From positions 1,674,001-1,738,000 of the forward strand of contig CM035358.1 of the NCBI GenBank assembly GCA_020137815.1: a stretch of 64,000 bases of DNA. Direction: 5' to 3'. A program made the translations under genes and the position numbers. This document shows positions 50,401 to 64,000 of the stretch, piece by piece. The notes beneath the pieces were generated by a model. It was not told the DNA's origin. It saw only the letters and a list, made by a program, of their open reading frames with translations, and did no database searches. This DNA comes from Hormiphora californensis. Taxonomy: Eukaryota; Animalia; Ctenophora. Positions within the stretch are counted from its first letter, which is position 1; each line of letters opens with the position of its first letter.

Positions 50401-51167
50401 GTGCGTAGTGCGTGAATTTCATAATAATTGAGACGAGTATGTACGGTATTATTTGAATATTCTGTCATTTAATCACTATTTTGTTTGAATATCATTCGAC
50501 TAGTTTTAGTAAGTATATCGATTTTTGGCACTGTTAGGAATGGCCGACTTTTGTAACTGCATTGGTAACACGCTACTCTCAATGCAATTCACATGGGTCA
50601 GATTATATCATAGCACTGGCAAGTGCCCCGGGCCCAAAACGGGGGTGTGGGGGCACAGCCCCCACCTTTGAAATACCCTATAACTCAAAAAACAAAAGAG
50701 AGAGCACATGCAACACTTCTACACACAAGCATGTGAAAACCTGCCAGTGCTACTATATACCACATTAGACGTGGAATTATCGATTTATGAGGGGGTCGTC
50801 CCCTGGACAAAAAGTCATATCTCAAACCGTTTATTTATGCTCCTATTCATGATATTATGCATATTCTGAATATTTCCACTTTAGCTTATCCTAGGACGTT
50901 TTCATGGACATATTTCGACGCAGAATGGTCGATTTATGGGGGGGGGGGGGGGGTCGTTCCCTGGACACCGTTTAGCCGTTATTTGCATATTTATACACCT
51001 ATTCATGATTTTATGCATATTCTTTAAAATCTCCACTTTGGCTTGTCCTAGAACGGTTTCTTGGGCATATTCCGACTCAAAATAGCCTATTTATGGGGGG
51101 TCATTCCCTGGACAAAAATTCGTATTTCGCACCGTTTAGCCGTTTTTTGCATATTTATGTAGTATAT

Positions 51168-51197
51168 ACTAGTAAACCCATTCGCCCTACGGGCGAA
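51168..51197 (-). mobile_element. Helitron-like 3' terminus (hairpin plus CTAG)
   Basis: Minus strand: TTCGCCCgtaGGGCGAA tgggttta CTAG|T. A similar hairpin plus CTAG is at 51678-51700. Confidence 0.5.
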
Positions 51198-51901
51198 TTT
51201 CGGGGAAATGGTAGCTGGGTTAGGGAGCACTGACATCACCAGTCGAACTGTTGACATGCACCATCCCATCTTGAGTTACTGTACCGTAAAAGGAGCTCAG
51301 GCGGGATCGCTGCGAGTTTCAGAACGTCAGATGATGATGATCGGGCGATCATCTGAGATTGATCATCGGTTCTGTCTAACCTCCAACGTCTTTTTTGTTG
51401 TCTCTGTATGGAAAAGTAGAGAATGGCGGTGAGATCTCCAATAGTCGCTTTCGTATATCAACGGTTGTTGAAGAGAGCATAATAGCTGGAACAGTGACAC
51501 AATACAAAGCAAGAACAGCTGCACGTGCAGCTGCAGTACTTAGTAACAATCCTTGGTAACGGCTCCCACCCCTGGCCCCACTCCAGCTATAGTACTCCAC
51601 CTCTAAACCTGCACGTGCAAAATGCCATATATTTGGTTAAAAAAACGGGACACTGGATTTCCCTATAATTTGCTTTAACTAGCGCACCCATTGGGTGCGC
51701 CTCAAGTAATTATGGCGTTTTGATAACCCACCCTTCCGCTGTACCCATCTGCACGTGCAGTATCAACCAACCCGCCCCTAACGACGGTTGCTAGCGACAT
51801 TTCCAAATTGTAATAGAGATAATAGTATGATTCAGATCCCAAAATACCTATATGGTGAATCAGGAAAAAGGCTGTATCTTTTTTACACCAAAAAGAACAG
51901 A

Positions 51902-52341
51902 AATTTAGTCCAAAAACCAATTAAATAAATTAGTTTGGATGCCCGGGCCCATTTGGTGTCACGGGGGTAAAACCTTTAGGCTACTGCCATAAATGATGTA
52001 TATCGAGAGAGATACAGGCAAGCAAATTGTGATAGAAAGAGTGAGATGTCGAGAAAAACGGAGTAGTCGGAGCGAATTTCTCACAAAAAGAAATGGTTGA
52101 CTCACTATTTGGTGAAAAGCAAAGAGAGAGAAGAGAAAAAAGAGGGAGATGGGAGGTGGAGAGTGGGAGAAAGAGGGAAAGAGATAGAGTGAGGGAGAGA
52201 AAGAGAAAAGGAAAACGAGAGAAGTGTATAGAAAAATAAACGAGATATGCCATTATTTATGACAGTAGCCTAAAGGTTTTACCCCCGTGACACCAAATGG
52301 GCCCGGGCATACAAAATATTTAATTGGTTTTTGGACTAAAT
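51902..52341. mobile_element. MITE with ~90-bp TIRs
   Basis: atttagtccaaaaaccaattaaata...gcccgggcccatttggtgtcacgggggtaaaacctttaggctactg is mirrored at ~52255-52341. Confidence 0.8.
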
Positions 52342-52380
52342 ATACATTTCAACATATATTATGAACATCTCAAGAACATA

Positions 52381-52535
52381 TACAGGGTGTCCCATATATT
52401 CTATAGGTCGGTTGGGGAGCTGTCACTCAAAAACAGTGAATTAATCCAGCACACTCCCGTAGTTTGTTTTCACACAACTATCACCGGTTTTGCGTGACAG
52501 CTCGCCAACCGACCCACAGAGTATATGGGCCTGTA
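52381..52535. mobile_element. Small Tc1/mariner-type MITE
   Basis: TACAGGGTGTCCCATATA...gtcggttggggagctgtcac / gtgacagctcgccaaccgac...tatatgggcCTGTA. Confidence 0.65.
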
Positions 52536-53688
52536 TCTAGATCCCACTATATCACTATCTGTATTCGTGAAGTGCGAATCTAGACCCTTCGTCAGTGAGA
52601 TTTTTCTTCAGAACCTGGGACAGTCCGAATTGCGTCAACCCCTTCCCCTTGTCCGAAAATGTCCGAAATCGGCTGCCTCCCCCTAACCCTGGAGGCTGGA
52701 CGTCCTTTTTGAATCGCCCCTAAGCTAACTCTTTTATCAGTTAAGTTATGAAAGGAAAGGGCCAGTGTCGCAATCTAAAAGAATTTGGTGGATGTTCAGA
52801 AAGATGCCACAAGCCCCATATCGTCGGTAAGAAATATTAATAGATTACATAGTTTCATCGCCCTCTATCCAGAGAAAACGTTTAGACCTAATTCCAGATT
52901 TCGTTTTCGTACACCTCTCACTTTGAGGCCAGAGAGGGGGGGGTCGACCCAATTAAGTTAATTAATAACAAAATTAGTTGCGTGAGCAAAACTATATTAT
53001 TAAACACAGTTTAGCCAAGCAACTTATTTGATTTTAACACAATCTTTCCTTCAGATATCATGACGCTGAAGTCCCTGTTATCTAATAGTAAGTTATGGTT
53101 TTATGCTTTTTTCATCTGGTTTTAAGGGCCCGGCCTGTCGGCTCGGCCCCGTTGTTTTTAGGGGGATGGGTTGATTTTAGTTGATTTTCTGATCGGGGGC
53201 CTTGCCAGGCCCCGAATGGCCGAATTGCATCGACTAGTATTTGGATTTTGGTAATGTTTCGCCAAGTAAAGGGTCTTGTGTTAATGATTAACAACATTAA
53301 CATGGGGGGCCGGCTGAAGTTTTTGAAGTTTGAAGTTTTCCACCCTACTTTTTGAGTTTTTGAAGTTTTTTGAGGCTAATAAACATTCTTTCTCAGATCC
53401 TGTTTTAGTCAGTTCCTGGCTAAAGGCAATGTCCATGAGAGATAAGACCCAGCTGAACACCCTGGCGGGTAAGTAATATTTCATTTCATATTAACCCCCA
53501 CATCTCTTGCTTTCCTGTTTTGTCCTCACTCGACAGGGGGGGGGACACGTAACGTACACAAAAAGGTTTGGCATATGTTACGTGTCAATCCCCCTCGGCA
53601 CTTTGAATTAACTTACAATAACACACTTCACATATCCGTCAGGAAAAGAAGTGATGAATGTGAACCCCCCGGCCCCAGCCGCGACACA

Positions 53689-53853
53689 TCCGGCCCCTGT
53701 TCAAACTCCTCCGGCCCCTGTTCAAACTCCTCCGGCCCCTGTTCAAACTCCTCCGGCCCCTGTTGAAACTCCTCCGGCCCCTGTTGAAACTCCTCCGGCC
53801 CCTGTTGAAACTCCTCCGGCCCCTGTTCAAACTCCTCCGGCCCCTGTTAAAAC
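53689..53853. repeat. 21-bp minisatellite x~8
   Basis: Repeated ccggcccctgtt(c/g)aaactcct. Confidence 0.95.
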
Positions 53854-55089
53854 ACCTTAACAGTAAACCACGGACATTCTTTTATAATACAAATTTTTAA
53901 ATTTTTGATTTTACGAAACTTGTTTTACTTTGATCTGAAATAAATAAATGACATGATCATTGATCGGTGGAATCTGAACGAAACCAGGTACGTCTCGATA
54001 TTACCATTTGCTTGAACCCAATATGTAGCAAACTACTACATACGGTTTCTTTCCTCGGCTGTTGATAATTTGTGTTAATTAAATACGGTGGGGGCTAAAT
54101 GTGGAAGAAAATTACGGCGGGTCCCAATCTGGATATTACATACCGTCCCGTACCGTCCCACGCCAAAATCCAACGTTTTGAGCTCTGCTGTAACTAGTTT
54201 ATTGTAACTTTTGGAGTGCAAAGCCAATCATTTCGGCATCACGTTGTAAATTAAGTGCCGCGCGGAGTTGTTGTCGCGCAAGATTTTCTACATCCATGTT
54301 ATCGCGCGTTCCACCAGGGCTGTAGAAAAGCATGTGTAGGGTAAGACTAGGTTTGAGGTGAGTTTGGTGATGGCCGGGGGCCCCATGAAGGTGAAGAAAG
54401 AAGGGGTGGCCCTCTCTATTTTAGACTCGGATGAGTAGCAGTCATCACAGAGGTGCCATATGCAGTTGAGTGTTCGTGCTCTTTTTAGAATAAAACATGA
54501 ACAATTCAAATATGCAATACCTACTACCTCCCTCACCCTGTCCTTCCAAGTCACTCTCGGGATCTCCATGTCCGTCTATCCCTCCCTATCTTCCTGCCCC
54601 TCCCTGTTGTCGCTTTGCCCCCTCTCTGTCCTCTGTCAAACTTTCTTGTCCGTCCGTCCGTGTCGCACTTAGTACCTCGGCTGTCCCCTGTTCTTCTCTG
54701 TCCCTCGCTCTCCTTCGCAGTACCTCGCGGTAACTCCCTATCCATCGATGACCTTCTCTCCTCCTTGTTCCTCCATCATGGAGGGACAGGGAATGACAGG
54801 ACTACGAGTAACAAGACAGGGAGCTTTATCATATATAGAGGAACAGTGGGAGACAGGCCCGGATAGATGAAGTGGGAGAGAGAGAGAGAGAGAGAGAGCG
54901 GGGGCCGGGGAGAGAGAGAGAGACATGGGAGAGAGATGGAAATAGAGAGATGGAGAGATGAGATGGAGAGATGGAGGTGCAGAAATGGAGATGGAGAGAT
55001 ATGGAGAGATATGGAGATGGAGAGACGGAGATGGAGAGATCTAACCATGTTATTTTTCTGGCAGTGCGAGAGAGGGAGAGTCGGGATAG

Positions 55090-55169
<80 letters not shown>

Positions 55170-55317
55170 ACAGGCACCTTCCACCCACCTGTGGACCTCC
55201 AACGCCCCCTTTATCCACTAACCCACTAACTGTTCCTGTTACTAGTCTACTGGCCCCTAGCTGACCCATTTTTCATTTGATCCCGATCCGGATAGGGTTC
55301 TACCTCGGAGATGATTC

Positions 55318-55592
55318 TTTGGAGCGGGGTGGCTGTTCTCTCTGGAGCGGGGTGGCTGTCCTCTCTGGGACGGGGTCAGCTGTCCTCTCTGGAGCGGGGT
55401 GGCTGTCCTCTCTTGAGTATGGTGGCTGTCCTCTCTGGAGCGGGGTGGCTGTTCTCTCTGGAGCGGGGTGGCTGTCCTCTCTGGGACGGGGTCAGCTGTC
55501 CTCTCTGGACTCTGGAGCGGGGTGGCTGTCCTCTCTTGAGCATGGTGGCTGTCCTCTCTGGGGCGGGGTGGCTGTCCTCTCTGGAGCGGGGG
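55318..55592. repeat. ~24-bp GC-rich minisatellite
   Basis: Repeated ctctggagcggggtggctgtcct variants. Confidence 0.9.
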
Positions 55593-55697
55593 GGATTGTC
55601 CTTTCCGGATTGAGGCCCTGTCTGGGGCGGTGCCCTGGTGGTGGGGAGTTTGGGGGGTTGTCTCTGTCTCAGTTAGGAGGTCCTTTGATAGTCTCTT

Positions 55698-56088
55698 CTG
55701 TCTCTGTCTCTGTCTCTGTCTCTGTCTCTGTCTCTGTCTCTGTCTCTGTCTCTGTCTCTGTCTCTGTCTCTGTCTCTGTCCCTCTCTATGTCTCTACCTC
55801 TGTCTCAGTCTCTCTTTCTCTGTCTTTTTAGGATGGAGATAGCTGAGAGAGACAGAGACAGAGACAGAGACAGAGACAGAGACAGAGACAGAGACAGAGA
55901 CAGAGACAGAGACAGAGACAGAGACAGAGACAGAGACAGAGACAGAGACAGAGACAGAGACAGAGACAGAGACAGAGACAGAGACAGAGACAGAGACAGA
56001 GACAGAGACAGAGACAGAGACAGAGACAGAGACAGAGACAGAGACAGAGACAGAGACAGAGACAGAGACAGCGAAAGGGGCAGAGACA

Positions 56089-56182
<94 letters not shown>

Positions 56183-56278
56183 CAGAGACAGAGACAGAGA
56201 CAGAGACAGAGACAGAGACAGAGACAGAGACAGAGACAGAGACAGAGACAGAGACAGAGACAGAGACAGAGACAGAGA
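55698..56278. repeat. (GTCTCT)n / (AGAGAC)n / (AG)n microsatellite block in opposing orientations
   Basis: Visible hexamer runs; the first run is the reverse complement of the later ones. Confidence 0.95.
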
Positions 56279-57561
56279 TGTGAACCGATACACGGTACTG
56301 CTCACTGCTCACGATTCGGTGTACCTCATTAGCAGTGGAACCGCTTACAATGTGAACTGATAGTGATACGAGGGTACTGCTCACGATTCGTTCTACCTCA
56401 TTAAAGGGTCCCTTAACTTTATAGGGTCCCTTAAAGGATCCCTTAACCGGTCGAGCTTCTTCTCACCTGCCCCTTTACTCGTAAAATCGTCGGCCTAAAT
56501 TGCTAACAGGCCTGGACTACCGGCAGAGACTCCGATCCCTGTGTCTGAGCTGTCACTACAAATACGTCGTGAGAGATCATGGCCTGGAAAATGTTTGTGG
56601 GTTCTTTTGCAGTTTATAAGGCCCCAAGCTGTGTAACACTCTACCTCGAGGCACGTCAACACGCAACACTTTCCCATTTTAAATCAAGCCTGGGTGTCTA
56701 CCATAGTTTAATCTCTGTTACTCCACCTATTATCGGGTATCCTAACTATCCCTATACTATCCATCTCAATCGAACAACAACTCTAATCTCTATGAAGGAG
56801 GTACAAGGATACCTAGGGATGGATAGAGTGGGGCAGGGAGGTAATAGTGGGGAAAGCTGACAGGAGGAACAGGGCCGGGGAGAATGATGAGCCATGAGGT
56901 AGCAAGAAGGCCAGTGTGTGATACGGAGGGGCATAGAGCTACTGGATGGTAAAAGGAGGGTCGAGGAATAAAGGGAGTCCCTTACCTCCTCAACCCTCCT
57001 TTTACAGTGTACAGTATCTCTCTCTACCGAACCCTCACAGCGGTGTGAGCCACACAAGATCAGAGGACATGATGGAGATATACTAGTAGAGAGAACGACA
57101 GGGAGTGATACGGAGTGGCAGGAAGCTGAGAGGGGAAGAGAGGTTCTGGGGGTACAATGAGGGACGAGGAGCGATAGAATTGGACTGGGTAAAGAAAGAA
57201 CAGGGAGGGGAACAGAGTTATTTCGACAATCGACGTATAAGCAAAAAGAGGAAAGGGCAGGGAGCTGGAGGTCCGGAAGTACAGGGACGATAAAGATTGA
57301 ATGTTAATACATCTCTCCATGTCATTTCGACATTTCATGCTCCGTTGCCCCTTTGTGCAGTGTCACCCCTGCCCTTGAATGCCCTTCCCTACCCATCTAT
57401 GTCCTTCTCTGTCCCTCCATGTCCCTGATCCATGTCCATTCATATTGTTCCATGTCGCTCCAGGCCATTCCCTTCTATATCCAGTGTTGCACCCTGTCCA
57501 TAATGGCTCCAATCTCCATAATATAGATATGGGGATTCTTTATATGTACCTCCATGTCCTT

Positions 57562-57822
<261 letters not shown>

Positions 57823-58011
57823 CCAGCTGTGTGGGAAACTGTGAGTCTCACAGTGTGAGGCAGAGGACAGAGAGACACTAGACAGTGAGATAGTTAGATA
57901 ATGAGACAGTGAGTTAGTGATACAGCTTTCCATGACCGTCCCCTGCCATCCGTACAACCATTACATGTTATGATGTTATGTTTCTAGGCTCTAGCAGTGG
58001 AGCGTGTGCGA

Positions 58012-58147
<136 letters not shown>

Positions 58148-58895
58148 AGAGAGGGAGAAAGAGAGCTAGGGAGAAAGAGAGATAGAGAGAGAAAATAGAG
58201 AGAAAATAGTGAGGGAGAGGCAGAGAGACGGTGGGACAGAGAGATATAGGCATGAGACAGTGAGACAGTGTGACTGTGAGATAGAGACACAGTGAGTAAG
58301 TGATACAGCTTTCCATGATCGTCCCTTGTGATCCATCCATTATCCAACCATGTTATGTTTCTGGAAGTAGGAGCGTGTGCGAGAGAGGGAGAGTTACCGG
58401 GTGTGAAACTGTCAGAGTCTAGTGTGAGACAGATAGACAATAAGACTGTAAAACAGTGAGAAAGTGAGACATGAATTTGACACATTTAGAATTGAGACAG
58501 CATTCCATGACCGTCCCCTGTGAGAGGAAGTCAATGAGTGTGCAACTGTGTGTAGTGAGTCTCACCGTGTGAGACAGTGAGACAGATAGACAGAAACAGA
58601 GAGAAAGTTAGAGAGTGAGGTAGTGAGACCGTGTGATAATAAGACAGTGAGACAGCTGTCAGGCCAATCCTAATACAACAGTTCTCGCGCTCCTTAATTG
58701 CAAGACATAAAAATAGGGTCAGCTAAATGCTCTGACAGTGAGACAGTGAGTCAGTGCAGTAAGACATTGACACATTGAGGCAGAGACAGAGATAGCATTC
58801 CATGACCGTCCCCTGTCATCCATCTAACCATGTTATTTTTCTGGCAGTGCGAGAGAGGGAGAGTCGGGATAGAGAGAGAGTGTGTGAGAGAGAGA

Positions 58896-58959
<64 letters not shown>

Positions 58960-59139
58960 GAGAGAGAGAGCGAGAGCTACTACTAGCTAATACTCATGTT
59001 TAGTGTCAACTCTCGACAACATTTCATAATGGTGTATGCAGTAACTAGTTGTACATTTCATTGCCTTGGCCCTTGCCGGCGCTTAAAATGATTGGTCGGT
59101 CTTTATCTTCCCATTTTCTTCTCAAGAGAGAGCACAAAA

Positions 59140-59660
59140 TAAATGTGACTTCGAGTGCTTTACAACGCAACCGGAATCGTGTCTCTATCTCATCTAGAAC
59201 CGAAGATATGCTCATTTGAAACAAATGACAAAAAATTGCTGTGGGGGGTACCCCAGCAACAGCTGAAAAGCTGAAATTTTCGAACCCGCGAGATTTAGAG
59301 GACCGCGCGTGCATTTTAGGCCCGCGCGCGCCTTTGTGTTTGCGCGTGCTTTTGTACGCTGGTGATTCCAAATCTCGATACCTCCACTGTGTTAACGTGT
59401 AGCGCGCGCAGCGTAAATTAAAATATCGCACGCGCACGAGTTGGAGGGTGAACAGTTGAATAAAAATGGACTTTATGATTGATTATGCATTCCCCCCTAG
59501 CGCGGTATTCCCTCCAGGCCCCTTATATTATATTATAAGGGGCCTGCAACGTATGCCAACGAACTGCCTTGGAATGCGCTGCAGCCCCCTCATGCGCGCA
59601 CCCCCGCAACGTTTATATTATATTATAAGGGGCCTGCAACGTATGCCAACGAACTGCCTG
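59140..59660. mobile_element. Dispersed repeat homologous to sequence upstream of the KDZ ORF
   Basis: 59304-59470 is the reverse complement of ~41935-42094. 59557-59611 is a direct copy of 41418-41472. Confidence 0.7.
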
Positions 59661-60115
59661 CGACTGCGAGTTACGCGTACGTTGTGCATGAAGGCCCTAA
59701 GATGCTTGGTGTATGCTTCAGTCCCCTGTGGTCATCGGGCATCAGCCTGTGCTCCGCGGTTGTCCACTGTCAGTGTCGCGGGTCGCCGTCAAAAATCCTG
59801 CCTTCGGGGTCTGCAGCACTTATATTACCAAGCGACTTGTCACCCCCTTTTGTGTGCATTTTGTATAGCGTTAAGTTGAAACTAAAATTTTAATTTTTTA
59901 TGAATCATGTGTGATGTGAGATTGTTACTTTTAGAATAGGGGAGAGAATTTTTAACAGCGCTGGTGCCTGGTGTGTGCGGGTTAAAAATCAAAATTTTAA
60001 TTTTAACTTTGGTGTGTGCTGACCCTAATTTATGGTGCCCGTAAAACTTTAGCTGAGAAGAATTTGAGAAACACAGAAATGTTTAACCTTTACCACCAAC
60101 TCATAATGCTAGGTC

Positions 60116-63722
<3,607 letters not shown>

Positions 63723-64000
63723 GTACGTTCATTGGATGACGTAATAAGGGAATTTATTATTGTTTGTTTATCAAAGCCCCAAAAAATTACAACCACTCAA
63801 ACACGACAAGTTGCAGTTTCCTGCTTGGAAACCACTTTACACTTCACTTTTCACACATTAGTACATTTGTTGTTGGCTGCTTCTCTCTGCACATTTCTGC
63901 TTGATATTGTTTTGTGCAGTTTATTAGAAGTGAGAATTTGTATTGATTTGTTGAAGTCTAATTAACATATCCCTGGCCTACTAAAATATCTTTCTATTGT

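Noticed and set aside
52740-53090. Two small candidate + strand exons upstream of RABGAP1
   Set aside because: Their phase is incompatible with the 60113 acceptor and no homology was recognised.

Overview
Eukaryotic, intron-rich animal DNA, inferred to be ctenophore from a spliced-leader-like motif, nested genes and lineage-type domains. Host genes: two tandem tetraspanins (-); a complete 12-exon UBA5 gene (UFM1-activating E1, 7951-34788, -) whose introns host at least three antisense nested genes and many transposons; a SID-1/SIDT-family gene head-to-head with UBA5; and the 5' part of RABGAP1. Mobile DNA: a decayed CR1/L2-type LINE, an intact ORF1-only retroposon plus a decayed relative, an intact ~1650-aa KDZ/Zisupton-like transposase with a Ulp1 protease domain, and many MITEs, foldbacks and satellites. 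The most striking signal is an identical 34-nt sequence (CTTTTCAACACTACTTTAAACAAATTAATTTGAG) at the exact 5' end of two different retroelements 27 kb apart. It resembles the ctenophore spliced leader as I recall it, suggesting retroelement RNAs are SL trans-spliced and re-integrated with the leader. All calls are by eye; no searches were run.
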